Assembly (NCBI GenBank): GCA_049841135.1
Contig: JASGHK010000008.1
Location: 83,272 to 147,271 of the forward strand
DNA from: Myxococcales bacterium
Lineage (GTDB): Bacteria > Myxococcota > Myxococcia > Myxococcales > UBA5297
Direction: 5' to 3'
DNA: 64,000 bases
The translations under genes and the position numbers were made by a program. A model generated the notes under the pieces. It saw nothing but the letters and a program-made list of their open reading frames with translations, did no database searches and had not been told where the DNA came from. Below are positions 10,593 to 19,870 of this stretch, one piece after another (within the stretch, counting starts at the first letter, position 1; each line of letters starts with the position of its first letter).

Positions 10593-11390
10593 ATGCGCGC
10601 TTCGTTCCCGGCCGTGCTGGCCTTCGTCGCACTGCTGCTGGCCCAAGGCTGCGCGCACACCCGGCCGCCGGCCGACGAGACCTCCGCGCTGCGCAAGGCG
10701 ATGGCCCGCCACGCGGTGCGGCAGGGCCAGTGGGCCGCCGCGATGGACCTCCTCTCGGAGCTCTACCGCGCCTCGCCCAGGGACGCCGAGGTGCTGGCCC
10801 TGCGCGGAGTGGCGCTGCGCGAGCAAGGGCTCCTGCACGAGGCCGAGACGGAGTTGCTCGAGGCGGTGCGGCTGGCGCCGGACTACGCCTGGGGGCAGGC
10901 GCAGCTCGCGGTCCTGCTCGATCTGCTCGAGAAGCCCGACCAAGCGCTGGTCCACCACCGGAGGGCGGTGGCGCTGGAGCCGGAGAACCCGGGCTGGCTC
11001 AACAACCTCGCCTTCTCGCAGTTCGCGCGCGGGCAGACCGCCGAGGCCATCGAGGGCTACCGGCACGCGGTGCGGCTGGCGCCCAACGACGCGCGCATCC
11101 GCAACAACCTGGGCTTTGCCCTCGCCCGCTCGGGCGACTTCCGGGCCGCGGCCGAGCAGTTCCGGCACGCCGGCGGCGCCGCCGACGCGCGCATCAACCT
11201 CGGCCTGGCCTACGAGATCGCCGGGAACCTGGCGCAGGCCTTCGACCTGTACCTGGAGGCGGCCCGGCTCGACCCGGGCTCGACGAAGGCGCGCTCGAAC
11301 CTGGAGCACGTGGCGCAGCGGCTGGGGCGGGCGGTGCCGCAGACGGCAGCCCTCGAGACGACTGGAGCGGAGGGGAGGCAAGGGCCATGA
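10593..11390 (+). CDS. TPR-repeat lipoprotein (TadD-like)
   Basis: Lipoprotein signal (LLLAQGCAH) and several TPR units (AWGQAQLAVLL..., NPGWLNNLAFSQFARG..., ARIRNNLGFALARSG...). Start overlaps the tadC stop. Confidence 0.7.
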   Translation: MRASFPAVLAFVALLLAQGCAHTRPPADETSALRKAMARHAVRQGQWAAAMDLLSELYRASPRDAEVLALRGVALREQGLLHEAETELLEAVRLAPDYAWGQAQLAVLLDLLEKPDQALVHHRRAVALEPENPGWLNNLAFSQFARGQTAEAIEGYRHAVRLAPNDARIRNNLGFALARSGDFRAAAEQFRHAGGAADARINLGLAYEIAGNLAQAFDLYLEAARLDPGSTKARSNLEHVAQRLGRAVPQTAALETTGAEGRQGP

Positions 11391-11725
11391 GGTTGGGCAT
11401 CAAGGGGTGGGTGGGGCTGGGCGCGCTGGCGGCGTCGCTGGGCGGCTGCGCGGGCCCGGAGCACCTGGGGTCCGGGACCACCGGGGCCGCGACGCGCGCC
11501 GTCGCCACCCTGCAGGCCGTGCGGCCGCCGTCGAAGGTGGCCGCGAAGGCGGCGACCGGCTTGGATTCGCAGGAGGCGGCGATCATCTCGGAGGCGTACC
11601 GTCGCTCGCTGGCGCCCAAGGGCGCCGCGGTCGACGAGCCGTCGGTGCTCTTCGTCGCGCCGAACAGCGCCAAGGCGCAGGGCCGCGCGCTGCCTCCGCC
11701 GTCCGTGCCGCCCAAGGAGAGGTGA
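11387..11725 (+). CDS. small lipoprotein of unknown function (tad locus)
   Basis: ATGA overlap with the upstream stop. Product MRLGIKGWVGLGALAASLGGCAGPE... has a lipobox LGGC. 112 aa. Confidence 0.5.
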   Translation: MRLGIKGWVGLGALAASLGGCAGPEHLGSGTTGAATRAVATLQAVRPPSKVAAKAATGLDSQEAAIISEAYRRSLAPKGAAVDEPSVLFVAPNSAKAQGRALPPPSVPPKER

Positions 11726-11730
11726 TCCGC

Positions 11731-12738
11731 ATGCTCCGACTCCGTTCCGACGAGAGCGGGGGCTCGGCGGTGACCGTGGCCATCGCCCTGCTGGCGCTCG
11801 GGGGCTTCATGGCCCTGGTGCTCAACATCGGCCACCTCATGGCCGTTCGCGGGCAGCTCCAGAACGCCTGCGACGCGGCCGCGCTGGCCGGGGCCCAGGA
11901 GCTGGACGGGACTCCGCAAGGGCTCTCCCGGGCGCGCGCCCTGGCGGTCGACTTCGCCTCGCGCCACGACACCGACCGCGGCATCGAGGTGGCCATCGAC
12001 CCGGCCACCGACGTCGTCCTCGGGACCTGGCGAGCCAGCGACTCGTCCTTCACCCCGCTCTCGGAGAGCGCCCCGAACGCTCCCAGGCTCATCAACGCCC
12101 TGCAGGTGCAGGCCGGGCGCGAAGCGGACCGCGGCAACCCGCTGTCGGTCTACTTCCCGGTCTTCCTGGGCGGGCGCAGCGAGACCAGCGTCAGCGCCTC
12201 GGCCATCGCCGCCCGCGGCGCGCCGTGCGACGGCTGCTCGATCCCGCTGGTCTTCGCCGACTGCCTCGTGCTCCGGGCCGACGGCTCGGTGAATTGCGGG
12301 GAGACGCTGGTCTTCCGCAGCGACACCACCGACAACGTCGGCTTCTCGCTGCTGCAGGACGGCGTGCGCACGGTGAGCACCAGCGGCATCATCAACGTCC
12401 TCCACGGCACCTGCACCGGCGTCGACGTCGGGGACGACATCGGCGTCGGCAACGGCAACCAGCTCAACAACAACGTGGTGAAGGCCTTCGAGGACTACCG
12501 GGCGCTGCACGGGTCGCACGTCACCGTGCCCATCGTCTCGCCGCCCAACGGCTGCCCGGCCAAGTTCAACGGCCTCTTGCCGGTGGTGGGCTTCGCCAGC
12601 TTCACCATCACCGCTGTGACCGGGCCGCCCAACCAGTCGATCTCGATCAGGCTCGACTGCGAGAAGGCGATCCCCTCGCGCGTGGTGGGCTGCGGCTTCT
12701 TCGGCACCGTCTCGGAGAAGCCGGCGCTGGTGCACTGA
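11731..12738 (+). CDS. TadG-like pilus assembly protein (Tad_N/PF13400-like N-terminus)
   Basis: MLRLRSDESGGSAVTVAIALLALGGFMALVLNIGHLMAVRGQLQNACDAAALAGAQEL is the TadG-type putative Flp-pilus-assembly N-domain. RBS aaggagaggtgatccgc precedes the ATG. Confidence 0.65.
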   Translation: MLRLRSDESGGSAVTVAIALLALGGFMALVLNIGHLMAVRGQLQNACDAAALAGAQELDGTPQGLSRARALAVDFASRHDTDRGIEVAIDPATDVVLGTWRASDSSFTPLSESAPNAPRLINALQVQAGREADRGNPLSVYFPVFLGGRSETSVSASAIAARGAPCDGCSIPLVFADCLVLRADGSVNCGETLVFRSDTTDNVGFSLLQDGVRTVSTSGIINVLHGTCTGVDVGDDIGVGNGNQLNNNVVKAFEDYRALHGSHVTVPIVSPPNGCPAKFNGLLPVVGFASFTITAVTGPPNQSISIRLDCEKAIPSRVVGCGFFGTVSEKPALVH

Positions 12739-12741
12739 CCG

Positions 12742-14077
12742 CTACGGGCCGAAGGTGGCTTTGAGCCCCTGCTCGATGCCGGCCTCGAACTGCCCGGCGA
12801 GCTCCGGGGCGAACAAGACGCGCTTGGCCTCGCCAGTCCCCTGCTTCACGGCCTCGGCCGTCTCCACGTAGCCCACGTAGCCCTGCGCGAAGGAGACGAG
12901 CGCCAGCCGTTCGCCCGGCGCCAGCATCGGCGCGAGCTTCTTGCGCCACTCGAACGACACCGAGGACGTCGGCTCCCCAGGGAGCATCACCAGCGAGAGC
13001 CCCGGCACGCGCAGCAGCGCGAAGCTCCGCCTTGCGCGGCGCCAGCGCGTGCAGCACGTTCGCCGCCGGCATGCTCAGGAAACCGGGAACGGCGTGCTCG
13101 GCCTCGGCGCGTGGCATCCCGACCTCCACGGCCGCCCAGCGCAGCGATGGGGCCGCCGGTGTCGCGGCCGCCAGCAGGGCCTCCTGCGCCGCCTGGGCCA
13201 CCCGCGCGCCCATCCGGTCCACCGGCTCGCCTTCGCCCTCCTTCGGCGGGTCCGAGCTCTGGTCGCCCATCGCCCCCTGCAGCAGGAGCGCCACCCCGCC
13301 CCCGTCCGCCTCGAGCCTGCGCATCGTCCGCCCGGGCCAGTCGCCGTCGAGCGCCTTCGGGTCGCGGCCGACGACCGTGGCGTGCGAGCCGAAGACCACC
13401 AGCCGCGAGACCGCCTTGCCCTGGGCGTCGTCCACCGCGAGGACGGTGAGCAGGTCGTCGTTGGGCGCGCCATCCCGGTCGCGGTTGTAGAGGATGCCGG
13501 GCAGCGGTGCCTGCGCGACGCGGACCTGGGCCGGCGCGAGCGCCTGGTTCGCCTTGTCCAGCGCCTCCTTCAGCCGCGCGATCAGCGCGTCCTCGCGCTC
13601 CTGCTGCCAGCTGCCGGTGGCGCCGATCTCCGCGACGGGGTTGCGGTCGTAGCCGCCGAAGGACGAATGGGTGTGCGTGGCGGTGACCGCCGCGTCGGCG
13701 AGCCCCAGCTCCTTCGCGCGAGCGCGGACGGCCTGGGCGACGCGCTGGGGGATCTCCAGCACCTCGGCGCTGATCAGCGCGACCGACTTGTCGCCCGCGG
13801 ACAGGACCAGCGCTCGCGCCGAGAGCGGCCCACTGGTCTTGGCGGTCGGCCGCGGCGGCGGATATCCGGCGACCGTGGCCGGAAGCGCCGCGTCCATCTC
13901 CACCTTGGCGGCGCCGGCCCTCCACTGCTCCGCGACCGCGGCCGCCTGCGCGACGACCTTGGGCTCGGGCAGCGGCCTCCTCCCGCGCCAGTCGAGCGAG
14001 AAGAGCACGTAGAGCATGCCCAGCGTGTAGACGACGACGAGCGCGCGGGACGACCGGCGGGGCTTCAGCTCAGGCAC
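12742..14077 (-). CDS. neutral/alkaline ceramidase-like hydrolase, apparent +1 frameshift near 13024
   Basis: GTG start at 14077 with GGAGG 9 nt upstream. N-terminal TM segment, then LGLADAAVTATHTHSSFGGYDRNP (ceramidase-like THTHS motif). The C-terminal 88 aa (VPGLSLVMLPGEPTSSVSFEWRKKL...GLKATFGP) lie in another frame ending at 12742. Confidence 0.5.
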
Positions 14078-14153
14078 CTTCGCTCGCCTCCACACGCCGT
14101 TTCTTAGCGGCGCCGAATCACCGGGCCTATAATCCCGGGCCAAGGATACCCAA

Positions 14154-15008
14154 ATGGCCTCTCGCATCGCGGACATCTTGCACCGGGCCAAGCTCATCGA
14201 CGACCTGCAGCTGCGCTCGGCGACGGCGCACCAGGCCCAGTGGGGCGGCCGCATCCCGACCATCGTCATCGAGAAGAAGTTCGTCTCCGAGGAGAAGGTC
14301 GTCGACGCCATCGCCAACGCGATGAAGCTGCCCAAGGTCGACCTCGGCACGGTGGAGACCGACGCGGCGGCCATCGGCAAGCTCGACGCCGACTTCTGCA
14401 AGGTCAACGCGGTCTTCCCCTGCGCGCTCAAGGACAACGGCAAGTCGCTGTGGCTGGCGATGGTCGACCCCACCAACCTGCCGGTGGTCGACGAGGTCGC
14501 GCTCAAGGCCAAGGTCCGCGTCAACCTGGTGGTGGCGAGCGAGCGCCAGGTCCAGGCCGCCATCAAGCGCGCCTACTACGGCGAGTCCCCGAGCACTCCG
14601 CAGAGCTTCGGCAACTTCACCTCCATCGAGGTCCCGGTCGGCGAGGAGGAAGAGGGGAAGATCGTCGACATGTCGGGGCACACCTTGATCAAGAACATCA
14701 AGGACATCGTGCCCCAGGCGGCCAAGAAGGCCCCGCCGGTCGGCGACGGCGCCGACGACGTGGCGTTCAAGGACGCCAAGCCGGGCATGGTCACCGGGGC
14801 CCTGCAGATGCTCGACGAGATGTTCGGCCCGGAGGACGGTGTCCCCTCCCGCCCGACCTGGACCGACCAGGACCTCGAGCGGCTGCGCGCCATCCAGGAC
14901 CAGCAGGAGAAGGGGGCGCGCATCCTGCGCGCCGTGCTCGACCTGTGCGTGGCCAAGGGCTACTTCTCGCCCGACGAGTACCGGCTCAAGCTCAAGAAGC
15001 TGATGTAA
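14154..15008 (+). CDS. MshEN / T2SSE_N domain protein (putative c-di-GMP-binding)
   Basis: ILHRAKLIDDLQLRSATAHQAQWGGRIPTIVIEKKFVSEEKVVDAIANAMKLPKVDL...KSLWLAMVDPTNLPVVDEVALKAKVRVNLVVASERQVQAAIKRAYYG matches the GspE/MshE N-terminal domain, found as stand-alone proteins in myxobacteria. TATAAT sits at 14128-14133 upstream. Confidence 0.6.
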   Translation: MASRIADILHRAKLIDDLQLRSATAHQAQWGGRIPTIVIEKKFVSEEKVVDAIANAMKLPKVDLGTVETDAAAIGKLDADFCKVNAVFPCALKDNGKSLWLAMVDPTNLPVVDEVALKAKVRVNLVVASERQVQAAIKRAYYGESPSTPQSFGNFTSIEVPVGEEEEGKIVDMSGHTLIKNIKDIVPQAAKKAPPVGDGADDVAFKDAKPGMVTGALQMLDEMFGPEDGVPSRPTWTDQDLERLRAIQDQQEKGARILRAVLDLCVAKGYFSPDEYRLKLKKLM

Positions 15009-15017
15009 GGGCGGGGC

Positions 15018-15297
15018 CTCCATCAATTGGAGATGGGGACAAAACTGATCGCGGCTGGCGGGACGCCCGCAACCACTGGGCCCTCCTCCTCCATCAATTG
15101 GAGATGGGGACAGGACTGATCGCGGCGGGCGGGACGCCCGCAACCACTGGGCCCTCCTCCTCCATCAATTGGAGATGGGGACAGGACTGATCGCGGCGGG
15201 CGGGACGCCCGCCTCCACTGGGCCCTCCTCCTCCATCAATTGGAGATGGGGACAGGACTGATCGCGGCGGGCGGGACGCCCGCCTCCACTGGGCCCT
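15018..15297. repeat. 71-bp tandem direct repeat, about 4 copies (unit ctccatcaattggagatggggacaggactgatcgcggcgggcgggacgcccgcaaccactgggccctcct)
   Basis: catcaattgg recurs at 15021, 15092, 15163 and 15234 (period 71). Copies are near-identical with a few substitutions (aaaact/aggact, caacc/cctcc). The array starts 10 nt after the MshEN-gene stop. Confidence 0.9.
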
Positions 15298-15395
15298 CAG
15301 GTTGCTAAAGGTTTGACTCGGGTGGCGGGAAGAAGCACCGCCGTGTCGAGGTGATGGTCGCCAAGGCAACCGATGGGCCCTGAGCGTCTTTCAAT

Positions 15396-15460
15396 CAGTC
15401 CTGCCTTGTCTCCATTGATGGAGGAGGGCCCTGTGGTTGCGGGCGTCCCGCCCGCCTTCA
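15396..15460. repeat. inverted, degenerate copy of the 71-bp repeat unit
   Basis: cagtcctgccttgtctccattgatggaggagggccctgtggttgcgggcgtcccgcccgcc is approximately the reverse complement of ggcgggacgcccgcaaccactgggccctcctcctccatcaattggagatggggacaggactg. Confidence 0.8.
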
Positions 15461-15513
15461 CTTCAATCCGCCAGAATCCGTCAGCGACGGGGAGGCGGGG
15501 GAGGGGCCCTGCG

Positions 15514-16219
15514 CTACCGCGACCCGGGCTTGCGCGGCACCGGCGAAGGCATCCCCGGAGGCGTCTGGCCGGTCCGCGCCCCGAATGGCCCGGTCGGCTG
15601 CCTTGCGATCGGCTTGCCCGGAACGTCCTCGATGGGCTGCGCGGGCTCGGTCAGCGACGCCAGCCCCCGCTCGACCAGCATGAAGGGCACGAAGCACAGC
15701 CGCGACCACTCCGGGCCCACGGCCTGCTTGAGAATCGGCGACGGTGGAGCCGGTTCGGCGCAGCGTGCCGTAGACCCAGTGCTCCGGGCCGGATAGCGCC
15801 GCGCCCTCGAGCGGAAGCGGCCACAGGCGCTGGGTCAGCTCCATGGTGGTCGGGCGCTTCTTGAGCCGCAGCGCCAACTTCGGGTCCTTGAAGACCAGGT
15901 TGTCGTAGAGGGTGAACGCCGCCTCGAAGATCTTGGCGTCGCCGGTGGCGAGCGCGATGCCCGCCTGCGTGCCGTTGACGTGCATCACGCGGCCCTTGAG
16001 CTTGATCACCGGCTCGCCGGGCGGCTTGAGGATGACGTCGTAGTCCGAGTTGGGCGCCAGCGCCGCCCCAGGGGGCAGCTTGACCCTCAGCCCCCCGGGC
16101 GACAGGTCGACGGCAGTCCCGACGTACTCGAACTCGTCGTCCTGCAGCTGGGCAGGGATGCTGACCGGGATGCGTCCGTGGGCCCTTCGGTCACGGATCT
16201 TCTCGACGTTGCTCGGCAT
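15514..16219 (-). CDS. PilZ-domain protein (c-di-GMP receptor); C-terminus uncertain (possible +1 frameshift near 15715-15730; alternative stop 15458)
   Basis: ATG at 16219 with GGAG RBS. RRAHGRIPVSIPAQL...DLSPGGLRVKLP is the PilZ RxxxR...D/NxSxxG motif. After ...TVADSQ the listed frame turns into Ala/Arg/Gly-rich text encoded by the inverted repeat copy, whereas the alternative frame (GPEWSRLCFVPFMLVERGLASLTEPAQPIEDVPGKP...) stops at 15514. Confidence 0.6.
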
Positions 16220-16265
16220 GTTGCTCCGGCAGCCCCCCGTCGGTGGTGTCCCCAAAGCCCTGTTT

Positions 16266-17913
16266 CTAGTTCTTGGCCTCGGACTTCGCGGCCGCGAGGT
16301 TGGAAGACAGGATGAGGTCGCCCTTCTTGAGCCAGCTGCCGTCGTCGAAGGCGGCGTAGAAGTCGCCCAGCACCGCGTCGAAGTCCGGGTAGCGGTCCTC
16401 GCGGCGGTCCTGGGTCATCTTGTCGAAGAGCGGGTCGAGCTTGCTCGGCACCTTGTTGTTGACCTGGCTGGGCAGCGGCGAGCGGCGGCCCGGCAGCTGG
16501 CCGGTGAGCATCTCGTAGAAGAGGATGCCCAGGCCGTAGACGTCGGTCACCGGGCCGGAGTCCTTGGTGGAGCGCGCCAGCTGCTCGGGGCTCATGTAGC
16601 CCATGCCGCCGGTGCCCACGAAGACCTGGGGCATGCCCTTGCTGGCGTCGACTTCGATGACCCGGCCCAGGCCGAAGTCGGTGAGCTTGATGTTGCCCAG
16701 GTGGTCGAGGAGCACGTTCTCGGGCTTCAGGTTGCCGTGCGTCAGGCTCTGGCCGTGGGCCATGCGCAGCGCGTAGGAGAGCTGCAGGAAGTAGCGGATG
16801 GCCTCCTCGGCAGGCAGGCCCTTGCCGCCGGCGGCGTCCATGCGGGTGCGCAGGTTGCCGCCCGAGCAGAGCCTCGACGACGTAGTACGGCCGCGCCACG
16901 TCGCAGTTCTGGTCGAGGATGGTGGCGACGTTGGGGTGGCGCACCAGGGCCTGCGCGCAGATCTCGCGCTTGAGGCGCTTGATGACCTCGCTGCGCTGCA
17001 GGAAGGAGAAGTAGCCGAAGATGTCCTTGAGCTCCTTGATGGCCACGTCCAGCCCCAGCGCCGTCTGGCGGCCGCGGTAGACCGTGCCCAGGGGGCCCTG
17101 GCCGAGCGCGTCGTACTTGACGTAGCGCAGGTCAATCTCCTGGCCCTTGGGCTCGTTCTTGGCGACTTCCGGCGCGGGCGGCTTGGGCAGGTTGCTGGGC
17201 GGAGGCGGCGGGATCTCGGCGACCCGCGGCGCGGTCTCCTCGCGCGCGGCCCGGCCGGAGTCGGCGCCGTCCATCTGGGCGCCGCGCCCACGCCCGCCCT
17301 TGCCGCCGCCGCCGCGACCGAAGACCGACGGAGGAGGCGGAGGCGCAGGCACCTCGACCTTGGCGGCCTGCGCGGGGCGCAGCGGCTCGGGCTCGTCCTC
17401 GGTGGCAGGGGGCGGAGGAGGTGGCGGCGCGCCGGCGGCGGCGGTCATCTCGTGGTCGACCGAGGAGTCCGCGAGGATCTCGGTCTGGCTGGACACCACC
17501 GGCTCCTCGGTGATGCGCGAGGCGAAGTACTCCTGCACCGCCTCCAGGAAGCGGTCGCGGCGGTCGCCGTCGACGATCTTCTCGCCCTCGGGCGTCAGCT
17601 GCAGGCACGCCTCGCGGTCCATGCCGATGAAGTGGTACTTGCGCAGGAAGAAGAAGTAGGTGTCGAAGTCGATGGACACCTGGTTCTCGAACGCGCTCTT
17701 GACGTCGGCGAGCTTGTTGGAGCGCGACGCACGGGAGTTCTCCCGCAGCGTCCCGAGGATGTTGAGCGCTTCTTCGGCGATCTGGTCCCGGGTCAAGGCT
17801 TTCTCCGGCGTGGCCCCGTCTTCATCGGGGGTTGGAAGGCGCCGCGGGTGCTTTCCGCAGTGCGTGGGGGAAAAAAGGCCGAGCGATTCTAACAGAGGCC
17901 GCTCTACCGGCAA
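16266..17913 (-). CDS. Ser/Thr protein kinase (Hanks-type), apparent +1 frameshift near 16862-16870; N-terminal start uncertain
   Basis: N-terminal frame gives a Pro-rich linker then kinase subdomains I-V (LGQGPLGTVYRGRQTALGLDVAIKELK...PYYVVEALLG). The other frame continues GGNLRTRMD...HGNLKPENVLLDHLGNIKLTDFGLGRV...GYMSPEQ...DVYGLGILFYEMLTGQLP. Confidence 0.75.
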
Positions 17914-17949
17914 GGCACGAAAGCCCCGTGAAGTCCTGCGGTTCGGGGC

Positions 17950-19233
17950 CTACTTGCTGCGCGACTTGAGGTCCGTCTTGGCGGCGTAGTCCGGGGCCGC
18001 CAGGAGCAGCTGCTGGCGCAGGGTGCGAGCGAGCCCGGGGTTGCCTTTCTGCACCAGCCGGCCGGCCAGGTCGTCGACCGCCTTGGGGTCGCGCGCCACC
18101 GCGACCTCGAAGACCTTCTGGGCCATGGCCGTGCCCTTGAGGAACTGCGAGGCGGCCAGGCCCGCCTGCACGCGGGGATCGTCCGGGGCGGCGTTCATCG
18201 CCCCCATGTAGGAGCGCGCCGCGGCTGCTCCGTCGCCCTTGGCCAGGGCGACCTCCGCCTCTTGAAGGCTCTTCTCGAGATCGGCCGGAGGCGCGATCCC
18301 CTCGTGGCCGCCGCCGCCAGCGCCCGCGCCCATCATCCCCGTCCCCATGCCCATGCCCTTGGGCATCTCGCCCTTGGCCGCGCCGTCCATCGGCGGATGT
18401 CCGGGCGGCAGCTCACCGGCGGAGGGGGCCGAGGCGGCGCCTGCCTTGGCGGCGTTGGCGAGGGCGTTCTCGATGGAAGGGAGCGTCTTTTCGACCTCGG
18501 CGCGGCGCGGGTGGTCCTTGGGAGCGACCTCCAGGAATCGCTTCCAGGTGGTCGCGGCGGCCTGCATGCCGGCCGGGCCGGTGCCGCGGCGGTTGAGCTG
18601 CAGGGCCCCGAGGAAGAAGAGCGACTCGGCGTGGTCCGGGTCGCGCTTGAGCACCTTCTCGTACTCGGCGACCGCCTGATCGACGTTGCCCACCAGGAAG
18701 AGCGACTGGGCGCGGCGCGAGGCGGTGGCGAGGATGGGCGCGGCGGCCGCGCGAGCACAGACGACCGCGGCGCCCAGGTCTCCCCCGTCGCGCTTGGCGC
18801 GGGCCCTGGCGTCGTTGTCCTGGATCGCGGCGAGCCCGGTCGCCTCGCAGCCGGCGTCCTTGGCCGACGGCAGCTTGCCGGGAGCCTTCGCAGCGACCTC
18901 TTCCAGCAGCGCCAGCGTCTCGGCGCCGCGCTCCAGCGCCTGCCGGTAGCCTTCGACCGCCTCGACGTAGCGCGCGCCTTCGAAGAGCAGGTCACCGACC
19001 GCGGCGGCGGCGGCGAAGGAGCGCGGCTCGGCCTTCATCTTGTCCTGCAGCGGGACGAGCTTGTCGGCGAGCTCCTTGGGCATCGGCGGCGGCGTGGGCT
19101 TGGCCGGCACCGCCGGGTGGCCGGCGGGCATCCCGGACTTGGGCGCTGGCGAGGCGGGTGCGGTCGTGCTCGAAGGCTTGCTGCAGGCCGCAGCGGCCAG
19201 GGCGAGTGCTGCGACGGTGAGAAGACGGCGCAT
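17950..19233 (-). CDS. TPR-repeat lipoprotein
   Basis: MRRLLTVAALALAAAACSKP (lipobox AAAC), followed by TPR-like units and a Gly/Met-rich low-complexity stretch. Confidence 0.6.
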   Translation of the reverse strand: MRRLLTVAALALAAAACSKPSSTTAPASPAPKSGMPAGHPAVPAKPTPPPMPKELADKLVPLQDKMKAEPRSFAAAAAVGDLLFEGARYVEAVEGYRQALERGAETLALLEEVAAKAPGKLPSAKDAGCEATGLAAIQDNDARARAKRDGGDLGAAVVCARAAAAPILATASRRAQSLFLVGNVDQAVAEYEKVLKRDPDHAESLFFLGALQLNRRGTGPAGMQAAATTWKRFLEVAPKDHPRRAEVEKTLPSIENALANAAKAGAASAPSAGELPPGHPPMDGAAKGEMPKGMGMGTGMMGAGAGGGGHEGIAPPADLEKSLQEAEVALAKGDGAAAARSYMGAMNAAPDDPRVQAGLAASQFLKGTAMAQKVFEVAVARDPKAVDDLAGRLVQKGNPGLARTLRQQLLLAAPDYAAKTDLKSRSK

Positions 19234-19296
19234 GGTCCCTCCGAAGTCGGGCGCGAATCGCGCGTGGTGTAACACGGCCCAGCAGCCCGTGCCTCT

Positions 19297-19324
19297 CGAC
19301 ACCCCGAGCTCGTCGAGGGGTCAG
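19297..19324. repeat. 27-nt intergenic motif cgacaccccgagctcgtcgaggggtcag (copy 1 of 3)
   Basis: Near-identical copies at 28824-28851 and 47126-47152. Each lies just 3' of a stop codon and contains the palindrome CGAGCTCG. Confidence 0.7.
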
Positions 19325-19342
19325 GGCCTGGTCCCAGCCCGA

Positions 19343-19840
19343 TCACAGCTCGACGTAGAACTCGCCGACCCGCTCCACCGGTTGGTCGCCGACCGCCGCG
19401 AGCAGCGCCTTGAGCGACTGCCGCAGGACCGGGTGCACGGCGTCCGCCGGAGCCAGCTCGCACAGCGGCAGCAAGGCGAACGCCCGCTTGTGCAGCTCGA
19501 GGTGGGGCACCTGCAGGTGCGGCTCGGCCACGATGGCGTCGGCCAGGAGGAGGTCGATGTCCAGGGTGCGCGGCCCCCAGCGCTGCCCGCCCGGCTCGCG
19601 CCCGAGCTCCCGTTCGATGGCCTTGCACGCGGTGAGCAGCGTGGGCGCGTCGAGCGTGGTGTCCACCTCGACGGCGGCGTTCAGGTAGTCGGGCTGGGGA
19701 GGCCCCACCGGCGCACTCTTCCACAGCGAGGAGCGCGCGACGACGTTCACGCCCCGAGTCCGGGAGAGCAGGCGCACGGCGTGCGCCAGGTTCCGCTCCC
19801 TGTCTCCGAGGTTGGAGCCCAGTCCCAGGTAGACCCGCAT
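19343..19840 (-). CDS. folK: 2-amino-4-hydroxy-6-hydroxymethyldihydropteridine pyrophosphokinase (HPPK)
   Basis: MRVYLGLGSNLGDRERNLAHAVRLL...RWGPRTLDIDLLL...LPHLELHKRAFALLPL. All HPPK signature blocks present. Confidence 0.9.
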   Translation of the reverse strand: MRVYLGLGSNLGDRERNLAHAVRLLSRTRGVNVVARSSLWKSAPVGPPQPDYLNAAVEVDTTLDAPTLLTACKAIERELGREPGGQRWGPRTLDIDLLLADAIVAEPHLQVPHLELHKRAFALLPLCELAPADAVHPVLRQSLKALLAAVGDQPVERVGEFYVEL

Positions 19841-19870
19841 TCGAAGACCTCGACCGCTCTCCTGCCCGCC

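Noticed and set aside
14100-14133. Sigma-70 promoter for the MshEN gene (TATAAT at 14128-14133 inside the inverted repeat ccggg...cccgg)
   Set aside because: The -10 is perfect but no acceptable -35 lies at 16-19 bp spacing. Recorded only as a note in the feature evidence.
15018-15297. CRISPR array
   Set aside because: The 71-bp units are contiguous with no unique spacers, and there are no cas genes nearby. The 9-bp and 22-bp arrays likewise lack spacers.
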